Source: Octopus vulgaris (lineage: Eukaryota). From it: a DNA stretch of 64,000 nt. The stretch's first letter is position 1. The number at the start of each line of letters is the position of its first letter. The translations under genes were made by a program, and so were the position numbers. The stretch covers positions 19,096,001-19,160,000 of the forward strand of contig OX597829.1 in NCBI GenBank assembly GCA_951406725.2, given 5' to 3'. The notes under the pieces were generated by a model. It was not told the DNA's origin. It ran no database searches and saw only the letters and a program-made list of their open reading frames with translations. Shown here one piece after another: positions 1 to 10,923 of the stretch.

Positions 1-933
1 GGGTCCTTATCAAGTATTGGTAAATTCTGGGTGATGATGGTGAAGGCTTCTTTGTTTCTGGGGTTGTATGTGGATATGTAAGGTAGTATTTTCGGGGAAG
101 GTGTGTTGTTGTGTTGAACTTTTCTCAAAGTTTTTATGTCGATTTCTGTTGCACGTCTGATCCCATCCTCTATGAGTTGAGCTGGGTAGTGTCTGTCAAA
201 TAGGGTGTTTTTGAGTTCTTGTAGTCTAAGGTTCCTGGTATTTTGTTCTGACACTATTGTGCATATCCTTCTTGCAAGGTTGAAGGGGATGTTTGTTTTA
301 GTGTGTCTTGGGTGGCATGAATCAAAAAGTAGGTATTGTTTAGCGTCTGTGGCTTTGTAAAAAATGTCTGTTTCTATTTTAAGGTTAATTTTTTTAATTA
401 GTATATCTAAGAATGGAAGCTCCTTTTGGTTGTATTCCATTGTGAACTGTATATTTGGGTTGATGCTGTTCAATAGGTTTTTGAATTTTAGGAGTTTATC
501 TGTGTTTTCATTCCAGAGTATAAAACAATCGTCCAGGAATCGTTTCCAATTCTCTTTTATGTATTGAGAGAGGGGTTTCCAAAGGTCGATAAAGATTCCT
601 GGTATACAATTATTTCCAGGTAGCCCAGTGTTAGGTTCGCAATGACTGGTGCTGCCCTTGTACCCATAGCAATTCCGGATTTTTGACAGTAAAATGTATT
701 GTCAAACATGAAGTGGTTATTATGTAGGATGAATTCAACCGATTTAGTAATGAATTATTTACTGATCCTTTTTGATATTTCTTCCAGAAATTGGTCCAGC
801 CAGAACTGTATTGCCTCTAGTCCATAATTATGAGGTATACTGGTATATAAATTAACTACATCAAATGAAACCATGATTGTTTCTTCCTTGACTTTTTTTG
901 GAAGGTGGTTTAACATATCCAAGTCATCTCTGA
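1..933 (-). mobile_element. Penelope-like element reverse transcriptase fragment (decayed)
   Basis: Minus-strand translation gives IRDDLDMLNHL..MVSFDVVNLYTSIPHNYGLEAI..NNHFMFDNTFYCQKSGIAMGTRAAPVIANL..WKRFLDDCFILW..IQFTMEY..LPFLDILI..TDIFYKATDAKQYLLFDSCHPRHTKTNIPFNLARRI, the PLE RT and thumb motifs, with a stop and a probable frameshift. Confidence 0.92.
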
Positions 934-1285
934 TTAAGTCTATTTATGGACATCCTCCTGAAACCCTTCCTTAAACATATCGATAGTCATATGGCTATCA
1001 ATGGGCTACCTGGAAATAATTGTATACCAGGAATCTTTATCGACCTTTGGAAACCCCCTCTCTTATTACCTCCCCCTACCTGGAACTCTTCTTTGCACTT
1101 CATAACGAAGACATAACACGATGTTTTGAGAAATTTGAAAAGTTAACACGAAACCGGTAATTTCTTCAAAAACTATGTCACTGTATGAAAAACTTTATAA
1201 CATTCTTCTGACATAATGACTCAAATATATTTTTTAACCTTTTAAAACAAGACTTCTGTAGTTTTTTCACTTTTTACTATTTTCT
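932..1285 (+). mobile_element. Inverted 5' segment and terminal-repeat fragment of the same PLE
   Basis: 932-991 reads RLSLFMDILLKPFLKHIDSH on +, the segment expected just before IRDD. 1003-1062 is the reverse complement of 567-625. An HHR-like motif follows. Confidence 0.75.
1123..1173 (+). ncRNA. Minimal type I hammerhead ribozyme motif, U3:A8 core variant
   Basis: Stem I ttttgagaaat/atttcttcaaaa, core TTGAAAA (1135-1141), stem II gt-taac-ac, GAAA, palindromic stem III ACCGGT, GUA triplet (1157-1159). Confidence 0.6.
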
Positions 1286-1323
1286 ATATATATATGAATA
1301 TATATGTATGTATGTATATAATA

Positions 1324-1381
<58 letters not shown>

Positions 1382-1384
<3 letters not shown>

Positions 1385-2680
1385 TCATCATCATCATCAT
1401 TTAGCGTCCGTTTTCCATGCTAGCATGGGTTGGACGGTTCAACTGGGGTCTGTGAAGCTGGAAGGCTTCATCAGGCCCAGTCAGATCTGGCAGTGTTTCT
1501 ACGGCTGGATGCCCTTCCTAACGCCAACCACTCCGTGAGTGTAGTGGGTGCCTTTTACGTGCCACCCGCACAGGTGCCAGACAGAGCTGGCAAACAGCCA
1601 CGAACGGATGGTGCTTTTACGTGTCACCGGCACGGGGGTCAGGCGAGGCTGGCAACGGACACGAATGGATGGTACTTTTACGTGCCACCGACACGGGGGC
1701 CAGACAAAGCTGGCAAATGGCCACGAACGGATGGTGCTTTTATGTGTCACCGGCACGGGGGTCAGGCGAGGCTGGCAATGGACACAAACGGATGGTGTTT
1801 TTACATGCCACCGACACGGAGGCTAGACGGGGTGGCGCCGGCAACGACCACGATCGGATGGTTCGCTTAACCACAGCTGCAATTCCCACTGATGTTGATC
1901 GACCTCAATTTGGTTCTGCTTTCTGATATATGAATTGATTTGGTTTGATTTTGATTTTGACTGTTCTCACTGGTCTTGCCAGGTTTTCTCACACACAGCA
2001 TACTTCCAAAGGTCTCGGTCTCTGGTCATTTCCTTGGTGAGACCTAAAGTTCGAAGGTCGTGCTTCACCACCTCGACCCAGGTTTTCCTGGGTCTACCTC
2101 TCCCACAGGTCCCCTCAACTGCCAGGGTTTGGCACTTTCGCACACAACTATCTTCAGCCATTCTCGTCACATGACCATACCAGCGCAAACGTCTCTCTTG
2201 CACACAACAACTGATGCTTCTTAGGTCCAACTTTTCTCTCAAGGTACTTACACTCTGTCGATTATGAACACTGACATTACACATTCATCTGAGCATACTA
2301 GCTTCATTTCTTGCGAGCTTATGCAAATCCTCAGCAGTCACAGCCCAAGTTTCACTACCATGTAGCATGGCTGTACGTACACATGCATCATACAGTCTGC
2401 CTTTTACTTTGAGCGAGAGGCCTTTTGTCACCATCAGGGGTAAGAGCTCTCTAAACTTTGCACAGGCTATTCTTACTCTAGCAGTTACACTTTCAGCACA
2501 CTCGCCCCCGCTACTGACTTGGTCACCTAGGTAGCGGAAGCTATCAACTACTTCTACTTTTTCTCCCTGGAACGTGGTAGAAGTTGGTCTCTGCATATTT
2601 TCAGAGTTTATTGCTCCTGAGCATCTGCCACAGATAAAAACTATTTTCCTAGTTAGTTTTCCTTTGACATTACTACATCT

Positions 2681-2682
<2 letters not shown>
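1382..2682 (-). mobile_element. 5'-truncated RTE-clade LINE (ORF2 C-terminus, 3' UTR, (GAT)n tail)
   Basis: VEVVDSFRYLGD..KGRLYDACVRTAMLHGSETW..RRLRWYGHVTRM..GRGRPRKTW. One in-frame stop at 2285-2287. (CAT)n at 1382-1400. (TA)n on both sides. Confidence 0.92.
1547..1860. repeat. Tandem ~61-bp units in an A-B-A-B 123-bp higher-order repeat within the RTE 3' UTR
   Basis: gtgtcaccggcacgggggtcaggcgaggctggcaa occurs at 1621 and 1744, alternating with a ccagac..agctggcaaa unit. Confidence 0.85.
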
Positions 2683-2734
<52 letters not shown>

Positions 2735-2736
<2 letters not shown>

Positions 2737-3096
2737 TGCGCGCATGACTGTGTGGTAAGAAGCTTGTCTCCCATTCGCATGGTTCAGTCCCACTGCAGGG
2801 CACCTTGAGGAAGTGTCTTCTACTATAGCCTTGGTCTGACCAAAATCTTGTCAGTGGATTTGGTAGACAGAAACTGAAAGAAGACTGTCATATGTGTGTG
2901 TGTGGGGGGGGGGGGAGTGTCCAATGTTTCTAAGTTGGCATAACTTAGCAGTTTGGCAAAAGAGGTCAATAGAATAAGTACCAGGCTTTAAAAAATTATA
3001 TAAGTACTAGAGTTGATTCATTTGATGAAAAATTCTTCAAGGCAGTGCCCCAGCATGGCCGCAGTCTAATGACTGAAACAAGTAAAAGATAAAAGA
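2735..3096 (+). mobile_element. tRNA-derived SINE, family A (diverged)
   Basis: A-box-like tgactgtgtgg, B-box-like ggttcagtccc, internal (TG)n, (gtaaaaga)n-type tail. Confidence 0.85.
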
Positions 3097-3129
3097 TGCC
3101 ATTATGAGTCATTAGAATTAGAGGGAGAG

Positions 3130-3510
3130 GTACCATGATGAATTACTAGAGGAATAGAGAGAGTGTGAGGTATGTCACTCTGTTGGACAAGGTACGGAAC
3201 AAAGAATTCCTCTGGTGTGTTGGTTCTGCCTTCTATGTGGGATATCCTTGTTGATGGAAATTTAAATTGGTTGGGACACATACACATGATGGACAACTGC
3301 AGACAACTCTTTTACTCCCAATCATACAAGTGGAAAAGAAATCATAGATCTAGATTCAGAATGAAAGATATTGGATAAAGGAATATGAAGCGGAATGGAA
3401 CTGATCATAAATAAATGGTAAGCGCAAATGAAAAACTGACCAGTATGGAGAAAGATTATCAAGTCATTCCAAAACCATGAACTATCATAGTTGTGATGAC
3501 CAACTGCAGA
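3130..3510 (+). mobile_element. Decayed RTE LINE 3' fragment
   Basis: LNWLGHIHMMDNCRQLFYSQ..KRN matches the RTE C-terminal WxGHxxRM..RQLLY motif. Confidence 0.65.
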
Positions 3511-3672
3511 TATTAATATAATGATATATGTTTATAAGTGTATATATATGTGTATAAATTTATATGTGTATATATATGTGTGTGTCTAAATTCATATTGG
3601 TTGGAACCATGTCCGGTAAGCTCACCGTCATCAATTCACTGTTTTTTTTCACAATAAAATAATTTTTAACTA

Positions 3673-4081
3673 GGCACAGAAGTGGCTGTATGGTAAGTAG
3701 CTTGCTTACCAGCCACATGGTTCTGGGTTCAGTCCCACTGCGTGGCAACTTGGGCAAGTGTCTTCTACTATAGCCTTGGGCTGACCAAAGCCTTGTGAGT
3801 GGATTTAGTAGATGGAAACTGAAAGAAGCTCGTCGTATATATGTATATGTATATATATGTGTGTGTGTGTTTGTGTGTCTGTGTTTGTCCTCCCAACATC
3901 GCTTGACAACCGATGCTGGTGTGTTTACATCCCCGTAACTTAGCAGTTCGGCAAAAGAGACCGATAGAATAAGTACTAGGCTTACAAAGAATAAGTCCTT
4001 GGGTCGATTTGCTTGACTAAAGGTGGTGCTCCAGCATGGCCACAGTCAAATGATTGAAACAAGTAAAAGAGTAAAAGAGTA
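3673..4081 (+). mobile_element. tRNA-derived SINE, family A (full length)
   Basis: ggcacagaagtggctgtatggtaag head, B box, microsatellite core, tail gtaaaagagtaaaagagt. Confidence 0.9.
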
Positions 4082-4169
4082 TTAATGGTGAGATACTATC
4101 GATATATTTTCTTGGTAAACTTTCCTCACGGTGAACTGTCTTCATGGTGAATCAGTGGTAGTGAACTTT

Positions 4170-4452
4170 TCCTGAGGTGAATTGATAGCAAGGAACTTAC
4201 CTGTAATAAGTTGGGATATGTACACAGGACGGACAACAGCAGACTGCCCAGACAACTCCTTTACTTCCAACTATGTAACAGGAAAAGAAACCAGGGAAAT
4301 TTTAGACTGGAATTCAAAGATACTGCAAAAAGGTATATGAATTGGAAAGAAAATGATCATGATAAATGGCAAAAAAGCAAATCAGTATGGGGAAAGTTTG
4401 ACAAGTCACGCCAAAGCCATAAACAGTTATAGTCACGACAAATGGCTGCAAA
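4170..4452 (+). mobile_element. Decayed RTE LINE 3' fragment
   Basis: LGYVHRTDNSRLPRQLLYFQLCNRKRNQGNFRLEFKDTAKR; 3' end resembles that of 3130-3510. Confidence 0.75.
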
Positions 4453-5199
4453 ATGAAAATAAATAGAGAGCGAGAGAGACACCACATGATATGTCAAGAT
4501 GTTCAGCATGGTGAGAGTTCCTCTAGATGTATCAACAAATCATTACTTTATCTCGTTAAATGGAAATTACTAAATGGAGAAATATCAGAAGAAATTACAT
4601 TCAGTTTCTCTGTAAACTATAATCTCGTTCCATCTATTGCCACCTATGTCAACAGAATGTTGTTGTTTCAAAGTACTACTGCAAGTATATCTTGGTTAAG
4701 CAGAGATCAGACATCTTAGGATACATTTGGAACAAAGACCAAAATAGTAAGGTATCAGTGAATTTAGAAGAAAAAAAAAATATTTAATAGTGTTTAATAA
4801 TAATGTTGATGCATTGCTTAAAAGTTCGATTAAGGGAGAAAAGAAAGAGAATAATAGTAATAAGTTATGTAGACAGTTTAGGATGGTAAATTATTGAAAA
4901 CCTATCATTTTGTGATGTCTTTAACTCTTCAGGTGTTCAGGTTATTCTGTCAAATGTAAGGCTTGTTTATTTGCATTGTTTTGAATTTACCATGGATTAT
5001 CTCACAGCTTCAAAGCTTCAATGATGTGATTGGTTACTTTTAGAATGATATTGTTGAGTAGGTGTGAAAGGACAGATCTGGCCAGTTTGAACATAAAACA
5101 TATTTGGACCATGATATGGTCCAAACATATTTGGACAGTTCGAACATAATTGGACCACGGTATGGTCAGTTTAAATGCTAAATGGATATGTGTATATAT

Positions 5200-5428
5200 T
5201 TCTTTACTACCCACAAGGGGCTAAACACAGAGGGGAGAAACAAGGACAGACAAAAGGATTAAGTCGATTACATCGACCCCAGTGCGTAACTGGTACTTAA
5301 TTTATCGACCCCGAAAGGATGAAAGGCAAAGTCAACCTCGGCGGAATTTGAACTCGGAACGTAACAACAGACGAAATACGGCTACGAATTTCGCCCAGCA
5401 TGCTAACGTTTCTACCAGCTCGCTGCCT
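5200..5428 (-). mobile_element. SINE family B
   Basis: Reverse complement of ggcagcgagctggtagaa..gcctttcatcctttcggggtcgataaattaagtaccag..gtaaagaaata. Confidence 0.9.
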
Positions 5429-5984
5429 TATGATATGGATATGTATATATGTCTGCATGTATGTATGTATGCATGTGTGTGTGTGTGTGTATGCATGTAT
5501 GCATGCAAGTATGTATGTATGTACAATTTCATATGTGTGTGTGTGTGTGTATGTATGTGCAAATACACGTATGTGTGTAAGTATGTCTATATATGTGTGA
5601 GTGTAAGTTTATATGTGTGAGTGTATGTATGTATGTATGTATGTATGTATGTATGTATGCATGCATGTATGTATCTATGTGTGTGTATGCATGTATGTGT
5701 GTGTATGGTGCACGTATGTATGTATGTGTAAGTATGTTTGTGTGTATATATGTATGTGTGTGTATATGTAGGTAGGTAGGTGGGAGGGTAGGTAGGTTGG
5801 TAGTTAGGTGGGTGGGTAGGTATGTAGGTAGGTAGGTAGGGAGGGAGGGAGGGAGGTAGGTAGATAAGTAGGTAGGTAAATAGGTAGATAGGTAAGTAGG
5901 AAGAGAACCCTTCACCCCACATTACCAAAAGGAAAAAGTCATGGGTTGGTAAGGAATTACCAGGGACCAATTTTCTGCTTAGAC

Positions 5985-6232
5985 TAGTGGTTCTCAACAG
6001 AAGTCCATATGATGCTTAGGGGGTCACTGTTAGATTTTTATGGTTAAATTTCTTGTGCAATAAATTGGTCATTCTTCTATAATACACAAAACATTTTAAG
6101 AATATTTTTATACAATTCCTAGTAATATCTAATTATAAATTATAATAAGGCCTTTCTTTAAACATTGAAAGGCTATGAGGATCCATCCAATTAAAATTGG
6201 AATCATGGGATGAAAATGGTTGAGAAACATTG
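5985..6232. mobile_element. hAT (Charlie-like) MITE
   Basis: TIRs tagtggttctcaac / gttgagaaacattg; imperfect 8-bp flanks gcttagac / cctaagac. Confidence 0.7.
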
Positions 6233-6351
6233 CCTAAGACATTACATGAATCAATTTGCAATAGAGGAGAAAAAAAGAAATATGCCCGCAGACAGGACTC
6301 AAAGATAATGTCAGGCAATTGCAGCTTGGTGCAATTCTCTGGCTTCCAAGT

Positions 6352-6600
6352 GGAGGTGCATGGCTTAGTGATTAGGATGTTGGACTCATTATTGTAAGAT
6401 TGTGGTTTCGATTCCTGGACTGGGCAATGCGTTGTGTTCTTGAGCAAAACACTTCATTTCACATTGCTCCAGTTGACTCACCTGGCAAAAATGAGTAATC
6501 CTGCAATGGAACAGCATCCTATCCAGGTGGGAAATATATATACGCTATTGAAACCTGGAAACTGGCCCTCGTGAGTCAGCATAACTCAAGAAGGTAACTT
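6352..6600 (+). mobile_element. tRNA-derived SINE, family C
   Basis: tggcttagtgattag A box, gtttcgattcct B box, ttgagcaaaacacttcatttcac core; related copies at 11868, 12770 and 49595. Confidence 0.75.
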
Positions 6601-6659
6601 TTTTACCCGGTTCCTTTAAAACTGTTCAGCCTGTGCCAGTGAGGAAAATGGGCATCAAA

Positions 6660-6860
6660 AATTGATGATGGTGATGGTAGTGGTAGTGGTAGTGGTGGTG
6701 GTGGTGGTGATGACAATGACAATGATAATGTTGATGGTGATGATGACAATGATGATGATGATAATAATGATGACGACGATGACGATAATGTTGATGATAA
6801 TGATGATGATGATGATGACGACGACGACGACGACGACGATGATGATGATGATAATGAAGA
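6660..6860. repeat. Compound GAT/GGT/GAC trinucleotide microsatellite
   Basis: Directly visible. Confidence 0.95.
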
Positions 6861-6909
6861 TAGTACAGCTACCCATGAAGCAATATATATCCTCTTGTAG
6901 AGTTGCCGA

Positions 6910-7145
6910 AGGTGGCGAGCTGGTAGAAACGTTAGCACACCGGGCAAAATGCTTTGCGGTATTTCGTCTGCCGTTACGTTCTGAGTTCAAATTCCGCCGA
7001 GGTCGACTTTGCCTTTCATCCTTTCGGGGTCAATTAAATAAGTACCAGTTACACACTGGGGTCAATATAATCGATTTAATCCGTTTGTCTGTCCTTGTTT
7101 GTCCTCTCTGCGTTTAACCTCTTGTGGGTAGTAAAGGAAGAGGTA
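6910..7145 (+). mobile_element. SINE family B
   Basis: ggtggcgagctggtagaaacgttagc..gtaaaggaa. Confidence 0.9.
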
Positions 7146-7731
7146 TTTATTATTATCCAAAATTAGGTACTATAAATTGTTTATGCTATTTAAATTGTAC
7201 ATGTCCACCAGATAATTAGTCAGTGGCCTAGGTCAATATATACTTCATTAATTATGAATTACATATTACGTAATATATATTATTATAAATTTACATTTTA
7301 AAAAAAAATTGTTAACAGAATAATTTTCATTTACTTAATTTCATCATTTTTCGGCATTTGTCACTAAATTCAAAATTTACAAATTCTGCAATTTTATTAA
7401 AGCCAATCTCCCCACTGCACATAATATATGTGTACATGTGTGTGTTTGTGCACGTGTGTGTGTGTGTGTGTGTGTGTTCTACATTGTTGGTTCTCTGTTG
7501 GTAGTCTGACAGTTTTAAGTAGGTTACATGTGGAAGACAAGAATGACCTCGCTAATATTTATTTGAGTTTCCATATATTTATTTTTATTAACCCACATTG
7601 TTTATAGTTACACTTTACATGTGTACATAGAATTGATTTAATGGATCAACCCACATTCATGAAGAAAAAAAAACAAAAGAAACAAATATAATTGTTAGGA
7701 ATTAGTCTTCTGTAATACAAAATGCTTGATA

Positions 7732-7792
<61 letters not shown>

Positions 7793-8454
7793 CACATGAA
7801 AGTTGTTGATAGTTACTGAAAATGAAATATGTAAAAATTGTTAAACCACCCCAGACTCAGTGTGGCCATGTGGTAAAATGTTTGTTTCCCAATCACATGG
7901 TTTTTGGGTTCAGTCCCACTGTGGAATGTGTCTTGTATTATAGTCCCACCTTGGGGATGTGACTTTTATTATAGTTTTGGACTAACTAAATCTTTGTGAG
8001 TGGATTAGGTTGGTGGAAAATGAAAGAAGATCGTTATATTCTTTTATCCTTTTACATGTTCCAGTCATTTGACTGTGGCCATACAGTTTCAACTCAAGAG
8101 CTGCAGCTGTGTTGGGGTACACATTTCATTCACAAATACAAATTATAAAGGAATAGGAAATACTTTTACATATCTATCTAACACGTAAAACTATGTAACT
8201 CCTATTAGCAAATGAAACACGTGTAACGGTGAATAAATGCTGAAAATGAATTTCCAATGTCCTGTCTTGTTATACAAAAATTCTGCAAAAAAAAAAATAT
8301 TTCCATAATTCTTAATTTTAATATGTATTTTGCACTAACACACAGCACCAACTGAGACTACATATGGGATTATAATTATAGAATAGATGTATTATAAGAG
8401 GATACACCTGAGATGTGCCCTAACTACTTATATTATATGATATATATATATATC

Positions 8455-8614
8455 ATCATCAGCATCATCATCATCGTTTAACATCCGCTTTCCATGCTAG
8501 CATGGGTTGGACGGTTCAACTGGGGTCTGAGAAGCCCGAAGGCTGCACCAGGCCAGTCAGATCTGGCAGTGTTTCTACAGCTGGGTGCCCTTCCTAACGC
8601 CAACCACTCCGTGA

Positions 8615-8616
<2 letters not shown>
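8455..8616 (-). mobile_element. Short 3' fragment of the RTE family at 1382
   Basis: Closely matches 1385-1540, including the (CAT)n tail. Confidence 0.85.
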
Positions 8617-8647
<31 letters not shown>

Positions 8648-8650
<3 letters not shown>

Positions 8651-9186
8651 GGTCAGGGGTGCATAAGTCCAAAAAGTAAGCACACTGAAAAAACTTTTTT
8701 GAGCAGTAATATTTTATGAAGTTGTTGCTTATGGTCAGTCAGAGAGTTACCATTGCTTTCATATCTTTTATTGCACTTAACAATATAGGTGATTCATCAG
8801 ACCTGGTGGCAAGAAGAACATGATCTCTTTACTAATGTATGTAAAAATACAGTACTGATTAGCTTGGTGTTGAAAAAAAGAACCCTGGAACAAAAATATT
8901 CAAAGCAAAACCCCTTCTGGAAGAGACAGAGTTGCCTCCTTTTCAATGGTTCCAGTTGTTCCTCAAAAGGATCGATATATGTTCATCTTCTGTTCAGTTG
9001 TCAGCAGCAGGAAAGCCTATGCTTCCACCATAAATTTTCTGTCATAAGGGCACTGACTAAAAATTTCAGTTTTTGAATTTAAGAAGACACCTGGATCAAG
9101 TGAATTTTTTAGGATATTTTCTTTCTGCAGGTCTGATGAGTCACCTATATTGCTAAGTGCAATAATAGATGTGAAACCAATGGTAA
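8648..9186 (-). mobile_element. 5'-truncated PLE (GIY-YIG C-terminus plus 3' end) with inverted terminal copy
   Basis: Minus strand from about 9130 to 9017 reads LQKENILKNSLDPGVFLNSKTEIFSQCPYDRKFMVEA*, homologous to the endonuclease tail at 36840-36940. 8747-8805 and 9128-9186 are inverted repeats. Confidence 0.75.
8742..8805 (-). ncRNA. Hammerhead-like motif (decayed)
   Basis: Minus strand: CTGATGA atcacctatattgttaagtgcaataaaagatat GAAAG caatg GTA; stems II and III carry mismatches. Confidence 0.45.
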
Positions 9187-9190
9187 TTGT
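9128..9190 (+). ncRNA. Minimal type I hammerhead motif
   Basis: CTGATGA (9133-9139), stem II around attgc-taagt-gcaat, GAAACC-aat-GGTA (9173-9185); stem I is weak. Confidence 0.55.
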
Positions 9191-10811
9191 GATTTAGCTG
9201 CAGCCATGCTGGGGTACAACCTTAAAGGGTTTTTAGTTGAAGAAATCGACCCTAGGACTTGTTCTTTCTAAGCCTAGTACTTATTCTATTAGTACCTTTT
9301 GCTGAGCTGTTTAGTTACATGGACATAAAGACACCAACATTGGTTGCCAAGCGATGGGGGTGGGGGCAACCACAGATACACACACACATACATATATGAT
9401 GACCTTCTTTCAGTTTCTGTCTACCAAATCCACTCACTAGGCCTTGGTTAGCTTGGGGCTATGATAGAAGACATTCGCCCAAGGTGCCATGCAGTGTGAC
9501 TGAATCTGGAACCATGTGGTTGGAAAGCAAACTTCTGATCACACAGGCATGACTATACACACACACATATACACACAATGGTTTCCTTCTACCAAATCAA
9601 CTCACAAGGCTTTGGTCAGCCCAAGGCTATAGTAGAAGACACTGGTCCACTGCATGACACCAAACCCAGAACCATGCGGTAGGGAAGCAAGCTTCTTACT
9701 ACACAGCTACGCCTTCACCTCTGTATCTATATGTATTGAGTTTGTCCTGTAAATTGGCGCTTTGATTAAAGAGCCTGATAGAATAAGTACCAGCTGTACT
9801 AAAAAATAAATAAATACTAGATTTGATCTGTTTGAGTAAAACCCATCAAAGTGGTGTTCCTTCTTAGTCTTTTCAAATGGCTAATAATGTGTGTGCGCTG
9901 CAACTACACACATTGGAAAGCATTGTACAACCAAGCACTAAAGAAGATCTTTTCTCCTCCATGAAACAAAGCTGTTCCCACTGGACGTCATCCCAATATT
10001 TCTAAGCTACAGACTGAGTGATTTATTGTAAGGTTATTTCCCTAGACAGATTGCCTTCACTACGGCTAAGGAGCCCTTTCTACCCCACTGACACAGGTTG
10101 TACTGGCTTACAGTTTACCAGTAGCAGGATCCGATGCTGCATACATCAGACCTGACCTGACCTGACTTGTTCTTTCTAAGCCTAGTACTTATTCTATCTG
10201 CATGGTTGCAGCCAAGTGACTGAAACAAATAAAAAGTGAAAAATACTGCTATAGAATCAATGTTTATGTGTGTGTGTGTGTGATTTAACACTGCATTTCA
10301 AGGTTAGAACATTTTATTGAACACAACACAACCATGTTAAATAAAACAATATGAAAGAGTGTGAAAGACTAACTCATTGAGCAACGTGACTTAACTTTCT
10401 CATGGATTACTGAGTGGCTTAAAGATGAGGTTGAACTTGTAACCGTAAGCCAAATTTTCTAGAGCTGTCTTTATTGTAAACATCTAGCTGAGGAAGAATA
10501 AATGGCTGTGTGGTTAAGAAGGTCACTTCAGAACTGCATGATCTCAGGTTCAATACCACTGCATGACATCTTGGAGAAATGTGTTTTTTTAATTTTATCT
10601 TTGAACAGCCAATGTACTGTGAATGACATTGGTAGATGGAAACTGTGTGGAAGCTTGTGGATGGAAACTGTGTAGAAGCTTCAAAATATGCTCCAGCATT
10701 GCCACTGTCTAATGCCTTAAATAGCTAAAAGACCAAAAGTGTTGAGTGCATTCTATATGAACTCAGGAAGGCAGTTATATAAAATCTTTTTTTTGTTGTG
10801 TTTTTTTTCAG

Positions 10812-10923
10812 GCAGAGTGCATCTAGGACTACATCAGCCAGTGTAACCAGTAATTTAGCAGCAATTTTTAGTACATCAAGAAACTGTATGGAGACAGCAT
10901 CTTGGGGGCGAGGGTCATTATAA
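10812..10923 (+). CDS. Candidate terminal coding exon, unidentified gene
   Basis: Strong poly-T tract and cag acceptor at 10811. Frame QSASRTTSASVTSNLAAIFSTSRNCMETASWGRGSL*. About 700 bp of repeat-free UTR-like DNA follows, with AATAAA near 11509. Confidence 0.45.

Noticed and set aside
4656-4751. Open 96-nt frame between cag and gtatca
   Set aside because: Weak polypyrimidine tract and no recognisable protein similarity.
8789-9076. 95-aa plus-strand ORF after an AG
   Set aside because: It lies antisense to a PLE endonuclease tail and 3' end.
10373-10450. Peptide FSWITEWLKDEVELVT before a gtaagc donor, loosely like USP9X/USP24
   Set aside because: An in-frame stop lies just upstream, no credible acceptor is present, and the similarity is too weak to name a gene.
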